The translations under genes and the position numbers were made by a program. Below, piece by piece: positions 31,965 through 42,201 of a DNA stretch of 64,000 bases (position 1 is the stretch's first letter; each line of letters opens with the position of its first letter). The stretch lies in the NCBI GenBank assembly GCA_963702475.1, contig CAVPCT010000003.1:224001-288000 (forward strand), read 5' to 3'. Under the pieces are notes generated by a model. It did not search any database and was not told where the DNA came from. It saw only the letters and a list, made by a program, of their open reading frames with translations. Source of the stretch: an uncultured Thermoleophilia bacterium. Lineage in GTDB: Bacteria; Actinomycetota; Thermoleophilia; UBA2241.

Positions 31965-32317
31965 ATGCAAGCGCGAGCAGAGATCGATCCCGGCACCTGC
32001 GGCTTCACGGCGGTGGTGACCGCCACGGTAGAGGGAGGGCGCAAGGCGACTTTACCGTCGAATCGCAGTGTGAGCACGTGGCGGCGCTCGCCGCCGCACT
32101 GGCGGCACACGAGGCCTTCGACGCCTACGCTGAGATGGACTGGCGTACCGAGAGCACGCTCCACACCCTGGCCAGGGAGAGCCTCAACGAGTCCTACCCC
32201 TGGTGCCCGGTCCCCCTGGGCCTGCTCAAGGCGATGCAGGTCGCCGCCGGCCTCAGCCTGTCCGACTCGATAACTCTCACGGTGACGCCCGGGGAGGACT
32301 CCGTCGCGACGACGTGA
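31965..32317 (+). CDS. Small Cys-containing hypothetical protein (frameshifted)
   Basis: GGAGG RBS; IDPGTCGF...V, C.HV, CPVP.G.LKA.QVAAGL. Confidence 0.6.
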
Positions 32318-32538
32318 CCGTCCACAAGACGGACGCCCGACCACCGGCCCCTCCAACACGGCCGTCGAGGGAAGACTCCGATGGCCGATGCTTTGCAGTC
32401 GGACCCTACGTAAATCTTGCGCCGCGCCGCTCCCGATGGAGCGCCCATCTATCTCGAGCACCGCGCCGCAGTGACCGCCCTGCCGCGATGGCCGGCTGAG
32501 CATCAGTCAACGGCAGCTGTCGCGCTCCGAGAGGCACC

Positions 32539-32811
32539 TCACCCGCAGCAGCCCCCGCCGCCGGATGCCTGAGGTTCGCGCGCGGCGGCAACGCTGTCCG
32601 CCACGAGCACGGGCTTGACGCCGGCCTTCTCGACCGTCTTCTGGATGTCGGGATTCGCGACGGCCTCGGGGTCAAAGGAGACCCTCAGCTGGCTGGTGAA
32701 GGGGTTGAGCACATAGCTCTCCACGCCGCGCAGCTTCTTCAGCCGCTTCTCGACGATCGACCCCTCGCACGAACAGCTCATGCCTGTGAGCTTGAAGGTC
32801 ACGTTCTCCAT
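32539..32811 (-). CDS. HMA-domain metal chaperone
   Basis: FKLTGMSCSCE; HMA spacing; GCCG tail. Confidence 0.78.
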   Translation of the reverse strand: MENVTFKLTGMSCSCEGSIVEKRLKKLRGVESYVLNPFTSQLRVSFDPEAVANPDIQKTVEKAGVKPVLVADSVAAAREPQASGGGGCCG

Positions 32812-32830
32812 GGTTCGGCTCCTTCTCGTT

Positions 32831-35056
32831 TCAGGACGCTTGTTCGAGCGTGGCGGCGTCGCGTGACGCCTCGCGCGGCGGAGTGGTGGACAGCCTGCTC
32901 CTCCAGCGGAGCAGCAGGACCGCGTTGAAGATCACGAAGAGCGCGCTGCCTTCGTTGAGCAGCAGACCCGAGACCAGGCCCAGGTAGCCGGCGAGCGCGG
33001 CCGCGACCATGAAGGCCACATTGATCAGCGAGATCCAGATGTTCTGGCGGATCTCGTGCGCACGGCCCTCGCACTCAGCTCGCGCAAGAGGCGATCTTCG
33101 AGAGGTCGTCGGACATGAGGACGACGTCGCCCGGCTCGACGGCGACGTCCGAACCCGCTGCGCCCATAGCGATGCCGACGTTGGCGACCGCCATCGCCGG
33201 GGCGTCGTTGATGCCGTCGCCGACCATCGCCACCGAGCCGTGTTTCTCCCGCAGGGCCTTGAACAGGTCCACCTTGTCGGTGGGCAACAGGGCGGCGTGG
33301 TACTCGTCGATGCCGATCTGAGTGGCGATGACACGGGCGCTGCGCTCGTCGTCCCCGGTCAGCATGATGGTCGTGATCCCCGAGCGCCTCAGCAGCGCGA
33401 TGACGTCCCGGGCGCCCGGCCTGACGGTGTCGGCGATGGCGAGCAGCCCGATCACCCGCGCGTCCTCGCTGACCGCGACCACGGTCTTGGCTTGTCCTTT
33501 AGGCGGCGACGTCGGCCTCGACCGCGGAGAGCGCGACCTCCGCCCCCGCAGGAACCTGGCGTTGCCGACCATGTAACGGCGGCCGTCCACCAGCGCCGTG
33601 ACCCCGAGTCCCTACATCTCCTCTAAGCCGTCCACTGCCGGCGCCGGCCCGTCTGCCGACTCCCTGCACCTGCGCGTGACCGCGGCGGCGAGCGGGTGCC
33701 GGAGCGAGATCGATCGCGCCGGCAACGCGCAGCAGGTGCGCGAGCGAGGCGCCGCCCACGGGCACCACGTCGGTGACCTCGGGCCGGCCGATGGTCACTC
33801 CCCGTCTTGTCGAAGGCGATGGCCTTCACCTTGTCGACGGCCTCCAGGTAGGCGCCGCCCTTGAACACCGTGCCGTGATGGGCTGCGTTCGCCATCGCCG
33901 AGACCACCGCAGTGGGCACGGAGAGCGCGAGCCCGCAGGAGCAGGAGACGACGAAGACGACGAGCCCGCGCAGGATGAACGTGTGCCAGTCGGCGCCGAA
34001 GAAGAGCCGGCGTGACCACGGCGACCAGCACGCCGAGGACGAACATCGCCGGCGTGTAGTACTGGGTGAAGTTGTCGGAGAACGTCTGGTAAGGAGGTCT
34101 TCCGAGCCTGGGCCTCCTTTACAAACATGATGATCTTCGGGAGCATCGTCTCCGCCGCGGGCTTGTCGACCGCGACCTCGAGCGAGCCGTTCTGGTTCAC
34201 GGTCCCGGCGCAGACGTTCTGACCGGACTTCTTGGGCACCGGGACGGACTGACCCGGCCTCATGCCCGGGTTGTCGACGTAGGACGAGCCCTCGGCGACA
34301 GCGCCGTCTTCATGGATGCGCTCCCCCGGCCTTTCGACCACGATGTCGCCGACGCGGATCCTCCCGCTGGCCAGCAGATCATCTCCCGGAGCTGTCCACG
34401 CGCACGAGCGCCTCCTTAGGCATGAGCGCGATGAGCGAGCTGATGGTTCCGCCCGTTTTCATCGACGGCGAACGTTCGAGCACGTCGCCGAGGGAGTAGA
34501 CGAAGATGAGGATGGGCAGCCTCCTCGCCTCATGCCGAGGATCATGGCGCCAGCAGAGCCGATCAGCATGCCGGAGCAGGTGGATGGTCGGCGTCAGGTT
34601 GAGCAGGGCGAGAAGATGGCCTTGCGTGCCGGGGTAGTAGACGCCGACGAGGACCGCGAGGAGGCAGACCGAAGTTGGACAATCACGGCGATGCGTCCAG
34701 CAGGAAGCGGAGCGCCACGGCCACGAGGATGAGGATGCCGGTGCCGTACAGGGGCGAACTGTGCCGCTTGCGCCACCAGGCGCTGCGCCGCTTCTGGCCT
34801 CTGACCAGTGAGGCGCTCAGGCCGGCTGCCGAGACCGACCTCATAACGTCCTGCTTGGTCGGCTGACTCACGTCGTAGGTGACCCTGGCACGTCCCGTCA
34901 CCGCATCGACGGCACAGCTCGTCACGCCGCTCAGGCAGCCCAGCCCCCGCTCCAGGGCTTCTGCCTCGCAGGCGCAGTCCATGCCCTCAACGTGAATATC
35001 GATCGTCTCCGTGTTCCGCGACCTCGCCGCCCACTGCCGTCCGCGCTCCCCCGCAT
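32831..35056 (-). CDS. P1B-type heavy-metal ATPase (heavily frameshifted; start approximate)
   Basis: GMDCAC HMA, AGTVNQNG, SCSCGLALSVP, FDKTG, MLTGD, MVGDGINDAPA, LLNEGSAL.VI.NA. Confidence 0.8.
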
Positions 35057-35084
35057 GACGACTCCCCCTGCGACAGCCGCGGCT

Positions 35085-35434
35085 CTAGAACCGCCTAAGC
35101 GTGCCGGCCGCGGCCTCGAGCGCTTCGCGGTGGAGACGGTAGTAGACCCAGAGCCCCTCCTTGCGGGCGCTCACGAGTCCAGCGACACAAGGCGACGCAT
35201 GTGGGCGAGATGGTCGAGGGTCAGGTGCAGAGAATCCGAGATGCAGCAGGCGCACACTTCGGCGGCGCAGCAGCTGGAGCCGCGTGTAGTCGGCCTTCTC
35301 GCCGCAGTTCTCTCGGCCCAGCGCTCGTTCGCCTCGGCCTCGGAAAGCATGGCAGATCTCCTGCGCGGCGCCGAGGCGAGGGCACGGAATACCCCGTCCA
35401 CGGAGCTGTCGAGCGTCTCGATCGTCGTGCCCAT
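35085..35434 (-). CDS. ArsR/SmtB (CadC-like) regulator (frameshifted)
   Basis: VFRALAS..RR, SCCAAEVCAC, HMRRL, RKEG-LWVYYRL. Confidence 0.65.
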
Positions 35435-35464
35435 GCCGGCCCAGGACCAGTCCGATAAACGTGA

Positions 35465-35498
35465 AACTAGTGTAGGGCCGGCACTAGTTCGAAGTCAA
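35465..35498 (-). promoter_or_regulatory. Promoter with inverted-repeat operator for the regulator-ATPase-HMA operon
   Basis: Minus-strand TTGACT-18bp-TACACT overlapped by perfect IR AACTAGTG-N9-CACTAGTT. Confidence 0.6.
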
Positions 35499-35842
35499 TC
35501 AAACTAACGCTAGCCCCACAAGAGCGAGGCCCGGCGGCTTCCGCGATCTGGGGCCCCGGGCCTCTCGAGAATAGGCCGTTCCGTGTCTCGGGTGCTAGTC
35601 CTGCGCCTCGGCCACAAGGATGGAGTCTTCGCCTCTCAGTACCGCTCGCAGCCGTCCTCGAAGAGAAGCTCGTATGTGGCCCGCATGGCCTGACCGTCGT
35701 AGCGGCACAGCATGGCGACCGGCTGCGGTTCCTCGTGGCGCGGGTGACGCGCGTAGAGGTCGGCAGCGACCGCGCGTAGGCGATCTCGACGGTCACGGGC
35801 TTGAGGTCAGGCATCCTGAGTCCTCCTTGGGCCGATCACGGG

Positions 35843-36704
35843 TCAACAGCAGGACGTCGACGGACCGCAGCAGCATCCGCCGGAGCGCGCCGGCTTCGTG
35901 GCGCGCACGAAGCCACTGACGAGCTGCAGGCCGTCGGGCAGCGCCGGCGCGCCGCACATGTTGTTCTCGGCCGAGCCGTCGTAGACGTAGGTCACCTCCT
36001 CGCCGGCGTCCTGGAACCCGCGGCCCGCAGCCCTGCGAGGAAGTCGTCCTCGTGAAGCGCGCCGGCCACGCAGGCGGACCACATGCCGGCGTCGTCCAGA
36101 AGCTCCTGCGGCACGAGGCCCATGTCGCCCTGGAAGAGCACGTCGCTGACGGCGAAGCGGCCACCAGGCTTGAGCACGCGGAAAGCCTCGGCGAGGATGT
36201 CCTTGTCCACGGAGAGGTTGATCACGCAGTTGCTGATGATGACGTCGACATAGCCTCGGGAGGGGGATGTCCTCGATCTCGCCGCGGGGAGGAACTCGAC
36301 GTTCTCAACGCCGGCCTTGCGCTGGTTCTCGCGCGCCAGGGCGAGCATCTCGTCGGTCATGTCCAGACCGTAGACCTTGCCGGTCGGGCCGACGCGGCGG
36401 GCGGAGAGCAGCACGTCGATGCCGCCGCCGCTGCCGAGGTCCAGGACGACTTCGCCGGGGTGGACTCGGCGAGGGCGGTGGGGTTGCCGCAGCCCAGGCT
36501 GGCGAGCACGGCCGAGTCGGGCAGCGCGCTCGTCTCATCGACGCTGTAGAGGCCTCTGGCCAGCTCGTCGTTGGGCTCCACGACGGCCGGGCTGCAGCTG
36601 CAGCCGCAGCCGCAGGGCTGGCCCTGGGTCGCGGCCACGGCCCGTTCAGCATAGTGCTCGCGGAACTGCTCTTTGAGGTCTGCATCCTGCCTAGTCTCGC
36701 CCAT
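35843..36704 (-). CDS. arsM: Arsenite S-adenosylmethionine methyltransferase (frameshifted)
   Basis: [54 protein letters not shown]. Confidence 0.9.
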
Positions 36705-36819
36705 GACTTCCTCTCAGTCATCCATATCAAGTATGCTTACTCTGAGAGTACGTGGCGGGGACGCGAGGTGTCAACCTCAAATCAAGAAGACCTGCGCTGG
36801 TACCGGGGAGGTGCGCGAG

Positions 36820-37248
36820 ATGGTCGAAAGCAAGAGCGAGGCCCAGCTGCCCACGTGTTCCTGCGCGCCTATCGGCGCGGGGACCGAACGTTGCTGCCCG
36901 CCTCCCGACGCGGCGCAAGCGGAGCGGCTGACCCTCGTCGCCAAGGCTCTCAGCGATCTGATCCGCCTCGGCATGCTGGACGTGATGGCGCAGGGACGCG
37001 CCTGCTGCGGCCTGCCCGAGCCCTCTGAACGAGGAGTGCCCGGCGCAGGCGATCCCGAGGGCATCTGCGTCTGCGACTTCCAGGAGCATTTCGGCCTCGG
37101 CCAGTCGAAGGTCTCGTATCACCTCCGGGTGCTCAGAGAAGCAGGCCTCGTGCGCGAGGAGCAGCGCGGTAAGTGGACCTTCTACGCGATCGACGGCGGA
37201 GCCGCGGCAGAGGCATTGGATGCATTCAAGGACCTGCTCCGCGTCTGA
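36820..37248 (+). CDS. arsR: ArsR-family regulator divergent from arsM
   Basis: KALSD.IRL, ICVCDF, QSKVSYHLRVLREAGLV..E.RGKWTFY. Confidence 0.88.
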   Translation: MVESKSEAQLPTCSCAPIGAGTERCCPPPDAAQAERLTLVAKALSDLIRLGMLDVMAQGRACCGLPEPSERGVPGAGDPEGICVCDFQEHFGLGQSKVSYHLRVLREAGLVREEQRGKWTFYAIDGGAAAEALDAFKDLLRV

Positions 37249-37290
37249 AGACGAGGCGCCATGTGTCGTCACGAGAACAGGAGACCAGAC

Positions 37291-37542
37291 ATGAGCACAC
37301 CCGAGGCAAGATCTGAAGCATTCGTCTGGGGCCCGACCCTTGACGAAGGCGCCTGCACCGACTGCAAGGTGTGCCTCGAGTTCTGCCAGCAGGGCGTCTA
37401 CGCCCTGGCCGACCAGCACGTGCGCGTCGTCGCGAAGGGGTCGTGCATGGAGGGCTGCTCGCACTGCGCCGGCATGTGCGAGGCCGGGGCCCTGACCTTC
37501 CCGACGCTGGACGAGCTTCGCGCCACGAAGCGGAAGGACTGA
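37291..37542 (+). CDS. 2[4Fe-4S] ferredoxin
   Basis: CTDCKVCLEFC and CMEGCSHCAGMC. Confidence 0.85.
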   Translation: MSTPEARSEAFVWGPTLDEGACTDCKVCLEFCQQGVYALADQHVRVVAKGSCMEGCSHCAGMCEAGALTFPTLDELRATKRKD

Positions 37543-37552
37543 GACCCGCGGC

Positions 37553-38657
37553 ATGACGAAGGACGAGGACCGCCCCCACAAGGTCTACGTCGAGCCGACC
37601 AACGCCTGCAACCTGGCCTGCGCCACCTGCGTGCGCCACTCCTGGGACGAGCCCGAAGGGTTCATGGAGTGGGCGACGTTCGAGGCGGTGGTCGACGGTC
37701 TCGAGCCCGGCGGGACGATGGCCTTCATGGGCCTCGGCGAGCCCCTCCTGCACCCGCGCTTCCTGGAGATGGTGCGGCTCGCCAAAGACCGTGGGCTGCG
37801 CGCCGAGGTGACGACCAATGCGCTCCTACTCGACGAGGCCATGGCCGCGGGCCTCCTCGACGCCGGCCTCGACCAGCTCGTCGTCAGCATCGATGGCGCC
37901 AACGCCGAGGCCTTCGGCCGGGTGCGCTCGGGCGCATCCCTCGAGCGCGTCGTCGAGAACGTACGGCGCCTGCACGACGGGCGCGGCCCCAACTACGGGC
38001 CGGGCACGCAGATCGGCGTCGAGTTCGTGGCGATGCGCTCGAACGTCGACGAGCTCCCCGGCCTCGGCCGGCTGGCTGCGCAGCTCGGCGCGACCTTCAT
38101 CATCGTCAGCAACGTGCTGGCCTACACGGAGGACCTGGTCGGCGAGACGCTGTACGACCTCGCGCCGGCTCGCTGAGCGGCGCGGTGACCAGGCCGCGCC
38201 GCGCTGGCGACTGCCGGCGTTCGACTGGGACCGGCAACTCGGCGCGGCGCTCGGCGAGGCCCTCGCGCGCTCTGGGCCGGTCTCCTTCTACGGCGCGGAC
38301 CCCGAGGCGACGCGCAGCCACTGTCCCTTCGTCGAGGCCGGCGCCTGTGCCGTCGCCTGGCACGGCGGCGTCAGCCCCTGCCCGCCGCTGCTGCACACCT
38401 ACAGCTGCTTCGTGCGCGGGCGCGCGAAACGCATGCTGCGCTGGGAGGCGGGGCGGGTGCCTGACGAACCGCTCGCGGCGGTGTGGGCGCGGCCGGAGTA
38501 CGTCGCCTTCCGCGACCGTGTCCGGCGCTTCGACTTCCCGCCCTGCACCGACTGCGGCTGCGAGCTCGCGGAGAGCAACGAAGAGGACTGTCTCGGCAAC
38601 CAGCACCCCACCTGCGGCGACTGCCTTTGGGCGCGGGGAGTGGTGCGCTGTGCCTGA
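37553..38657 (+). CDS. Radical SAM protein with Cys-rich C-terminal auxiliary-cluster domain (frameshift near 38165)
   Basis: [22 protein letters not shown]; CPF...PCPPL...FPPCTDCGC...DC...[12 protein letters not shown]. Confidence 0.82.
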
Positions 38658-39057
38658 GGCGAAGCGCGACTACTACGAGGTCCTCGGTGTGGCACGCACG
38701 GCCGAGCTCGCGGAGATCAAGGCGGCCTTCCGCAGGCTCGCCCGCAACTGCCACCCGGACGTCCATCCTGAGGACCCCGAGGCCGAGGCGCGCTTCAGGG
38801 AGTGTGCGGAGGCTTGGGAGGTGCTGAACGACCCAGAGAAGCGGGCCGCCTACGACCTGCACGGGTTCAACGGCCTGCGCGGCCGTCCGCTGCCCGACTT
38901 TCAGAGCGCGGCCTTCCGCGACCTCTACAACGCCTACTTCGGGACGGACGACCTCGGCATGCCGCTGCACCCGGTCTTCATGTATCAGAAGTACCTGCGC
39001 GAGTACCTGAAGCAGCGCAGCGCGAAAGCCCAAGCGAGCGAGGCAGAGAAGAAGTGA
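38650..39057 (+). CDS. Short J-domain protein
   Basis: [10 protein letters not shown]...IKAAFRRLA...HPD...[16 protein letters not shown]. Confidence 0.85.
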   Translation: MPEAKRDYYEVLGVARTAELAEIKAAFRRLARNCHPDVHPEDPEAEARFRECAEAWEVLNDPEKRAAYDLHGFNGLRGRPLPDFQSAAFRDLYNAYFGTDDLGMPLHPVFMYQKYLREYLKQRSAKAQASEAEKK

Positions 39058-39093
39058 CCGGCTGGGCTTGGGCTGCGAGACGCGCGGTCTGGC

Positions 39094-39369
39094 CTAGCAG
39101 TCGCAGCTGGGTTCGCCGCCGGTCAGCCAGCCGTGTGATGATCGCCTGCGCGCAGCCGACGCCCGGGTCGACACTGATGGCGCCGGGCACGCAGTTCAGG
39201 GCGCAGGCGCCGCACTCCATGCAGGCGCCGCGGTCGGCGAGCGCGGCGCGCCCGCGGCGATGGCGAAGACGGCGTGCGGGCAGACGGCGACGCACATGCC
39301 GCAGCCGTTGCAGCGGGCGACGTCGAGCTGCAGGGTGACGGCGTCTTCGATGTAGCGCAGCGTCGGCAT
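39094..39369 (-). CDS. hgcB: Mercury methylation ferredoxin HgcB (frameshifted)
   Basis: CNGCGMCVAVCPH, CMECGACALNC, GVGCA; C-terminal GGEPSCDC*; immediately downstream of hgcA. Confidence 0.88.
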
Positions 39370-39374
39370 CGCTC

Positions 39375-40634
39375 TCACCTCCCCCGTCTGCTGCCAGCCA
39401 GGCGCGACGACCGCCAGCGCAGCCGCCGCGGCCTGCAGGGGCAGCGCCTGCGCATCTCGGCTCCACGCCCGAGGGCGAGGTGATCGTCGAGCGAGCCGGT
39501 GAAGTTCATGGCCGCGTAGGACGACCGGCCGTGACGCCGGCCAGCAAGGGCGAGCTTGGCGGCGGGCGAGAGGCGGCGGCCAAGCGTCGCCGTGGCGGCC
39601 GCCGCGAGGACGCCTCCGACGAGCGCGCCCTTGACCGAGAAGGCGCGGCCGGGCAGCCATGGCAGCGCCAGCGGCGTCACGGCGCCGCCCGCCAGCAAGG
39701 CGAGCCATGCGGCGCCGATGACCGGGCACCCCGCGCGCAGGCCGGGCGCAGCGATACGCCGTCGCGATCGAGCGCCGACGGCCGCCAGGACGCCGGCATA
39801 GGCCAGCAGCATGCGGCGGTCCCAGGCGACCGAGAGCACCTCGGGCACCAGCACGGCGCGCTCGCGCACGTCGAAGGTGACCCGGCGCATCTCTGCGTCG
39901 GCCTTCATGTCCGCGGCAAGGAACGCCGGCAGGTCGGCGGCCCGCACAGGTCCGAAGGTGACGCGAAAGCCGCACGCCTCCTTGACCTTGTGGGCCGCGA
40001 CGCCGGGCGCCGAGAGCTGCGGGAGGACCAGCCGACGGTGACTGCACGATCTCGGCGAGCCGCGTCTCTGCACCATCCGTGCGACCTCAGCGGCGCAGAA
40101 CGTGCCTTTGCCGGCCGCGCACCAGACGTTGATGCCGCGGGTGTCGATGACCAGCAGCCAGCAGTCGAGCTCGCCGAGCGAGGAGCGCAGCTCGTCGAAC
40201 GGTGAGCTTGTAGTTGGCGGTGACGAGCACGGGAGCGGCGGCGTCTGGCGTGCCTAGGGCGTAGAGACCGGGCTCACGCGGTAGTCGTCGCGGCCGATCT
40301 CCCAGCGCACGCGCCAGGCGCCGAGGCGGTCGCCGGCGTCGAGGGCAGCCTTCACCTTTGGGACCCTGCCGACCGGAGACTCAACCGCGCCGACGACGCA
40401 GCGGAGGGGTGGATAGGGATAGGCCGCGGAGGTCGACGCGCCGCAGCACGCGGCACCCTTGTCGTCCCGCTCGCTGGGTTCCGACGCTGGGCCGCAGCAG
40501 GACTGCTGAGGCTTCGGTCGTGCGGTCGCCCCGCTGCTTTCGCGGCACGACCCAGCCGCGTTCCCGGACGGGCCGCAGCAGGACTCGACTGCCGAGTCCT
40601 CGCCCTGGATCGTTCTCACATCATCTGCGTCCAT
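39375..40634 (-). CDS. hgcA: Mercury methylation corrinoid protein HgcA (frameshifted)
   Basis: Cap helix GINVWCAAGKGTF at 40098-40136; PVLVTANYKL, LVLPQLSAPG, FGPVRA.DLP, LPWLPGRAFSVKG, MNFTGS. Confidence 0.92.
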
Positions 40635-40819
40635 CCCGCCCACTGTGCGGGCTGCTGGACCGGTTGGTCAACCTGGCGCCGGCTGGGCCGATGCTCACGA
40701 CTCCGCAAGCGCGCTGGATCGACCCATCCAGGGCCGAGAACTCAAGGAGGGGCTAACAGATTCGTAACACTCGCGGGGTAGCTACGTGCCATAGGTAGGG
40801 ATCTGTGAAGGAGGCAGCC

Positions 40820-41011
40820 ATGTTCACGCCTCGGATGCGTCGGAGACGCCACAGCCTCGACACCTACATCCGCGGGGAGGTCGAGGAGCTGAAGCTGGCG
40901 ATCGAGAGCTCGCCCGTCCCTCTCCGACCACAGCTACGTGAGGCCACGAGCGGGGAGGCCGAAGAGGACTCGGTCGCCACATCAAGCCGGTCCGAAAGGC
41001 TGTCCGCCTGA
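40820..41011 (+). CDS. Small hypothetical protein
   Basis: 63-aa ORF with AAGGAGG RBS. Confidence 0.4.
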   Translation: MFTPRMRRRRHSLDTYIRGEVEELKLAIESSPVPLRPQLREATSGEAEEDSVATSSRSERLSA

Positions 41012-41043
41012 CTTCAGCCCCACGCCGCCGGCCGGCACCCCGC

Positions 41044-41463
41044 TCAGTGGCCAGCAACGAAGCCGTCGATGAGTTCCGACAGCTGGTCGCGTACTTGGCG
41101 GAAGGCCGCCAGGCGCTCCTCCTCGCTGCCGTCGACTGCCGCCGGGTCCTCCAGGGACCAGTTCAAGCGCTGGCTCACTCCGGGGAAGATCGGGCAGGCA
41201 GCGTTGGCCCGATCGCATACCGTGATCAGGTAGCCGAAGTGCACGTGCCCCAGGTAGGTGGCGACGTCCTTCGATGTCTGAGCCGCGATGTCCATGCCGC
41301 TCTCCGCCATCACCTTGACGGCCTCCGGTCGCACGGGCTGAGGCTTCATGCCGGCGCTGAACGCCTCGAGCCGGTCGCTGGCCTTGGTCCGCAGCAGACC
41401 CTCGGCCATCTGACTCCTTGCGGAGTTGCCGGTGCAGAGGAAGAGGACTTTTGCCTTGCTCAC
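41044..41463 (-). CDS. arsC: Thioredoxin-type (LMW-PTP fold) arsenate reductase
   Basis: VLFLCTGNSARSQMAEG, ITVCD.A...CP, W..EDPA, FR.VRD. Confidence 0.9.
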   Translation of the reverse strand: MSKAKVLFLCTGNSARSQMAEGLLRTKASDRLEAFSAGMKPQPVRPEAVKVMAESGMDIAAQTSKDVATYLGHVHFGYLITVCDRANAACPIFPGVSQRLNWSLEDPAAVDGSEEERLAAFRQVRDQLSELIDGFVAGH

Positions 41464-41591
41464 GTTCACCTTCCTGTCATGGGATGCGGGTGAGCAGCCT
41501 AGGCGGCGGACGTTAGGAAGCGATGAGCTCATCCTGTCCAAAGGGAGGAGACCGTCGTCGACGTCCTGGTGGCCGAGCGCCAGCCAGGCTT

Positions 41592-41852
41592 TCAGCGCAT
41601 GAGCGAACGCCGCACCCGCCGCGCCTCCCAGGTCCAGCCCTCTACCCGGTACCCGGGCTCGCGCGGCTCGCCGCTCATGACCAGCCCATGCCGGCGTCTC
41701 AGCTTGCGCACCGCCTGCTGGATCTGAGCGTGGTCCGCGTCGACGCCGTAGGCGGTGAGTGCCTCGCGGATGTGCAGCGGCTCACCGGGATGCAGCATGT
41801 CGTGGGTGAGCATGGTGCCGGCGACGAGCTCGACCGGGTTCTGGGCGATCAA
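41592..41852 (-). CDS. Small hypothetical protein (possible winged helix)
   Basis: ORF with biased codon usage; no family recognised. Confidence 0.35.
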   Translation of the reverse strand: MIAQNPVELVAGTMLTHDMLHPGEPLHIREALTAYGVDADHAQIQQAVRKLRRRHGLVMSGEPREPGYRVEGWTWEARRVRRSLMR

Positions 41853-41921
41853 GACGCTGACGTGAGTAGAGGGTGAGCGCTCCGAGCCCGTGCCGGCCGA
41901 GACGGCCAGCAGCCGCCCTGT

Positions 41922-42023
41922 TCAGACCGCGACGACGACCGGCATGATCATCGGCCGGCTCTTGGTGAGCTTGAAGACGAGGCCGGCGAGCCGGTCGTGG
42001 ATGTCTTCCTTGATCAGGCGCTG
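41922..42023 (-). pseudogene. Fragment resembling the RNase J C-terminus
   Basis: Translates to QRLIKEDIHDRLAGLVFKLTKSRPMIMPVVVAV*; in-frame stop shortly upstream. Confidence 0.55.
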
Positions 42024-42201
42024 CCCGGCACACCGAGCACATCGCGCCCGGCCTCAGCCGTGACGAGCCACTTCTCTCCCCGTTTGCGAATCCCCATCTG
42101 CGAGCCTGAGTATGGGCGAGCCAGGGGACGGAAGGCAACAAAGTGGGCAGCAGGCAACTCTCGACAACGCAGCCGTGCACGAAAAGTACCTGCAAAAGAA
42201 G

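Noticed and set aside
35636-35814. Small frameshifted ORF downstream of arsM
   Set aside because: It has an RBS, but the frame is ambiguous and no family is recognisable.
14263-40634. Selenocysteine read-through or programmed frameshifting in island redox genes
   Set aside because: The breaks are frame changes at scattered positions, not in-frame TGA at Cys sites; assembly error or decay is simpler.
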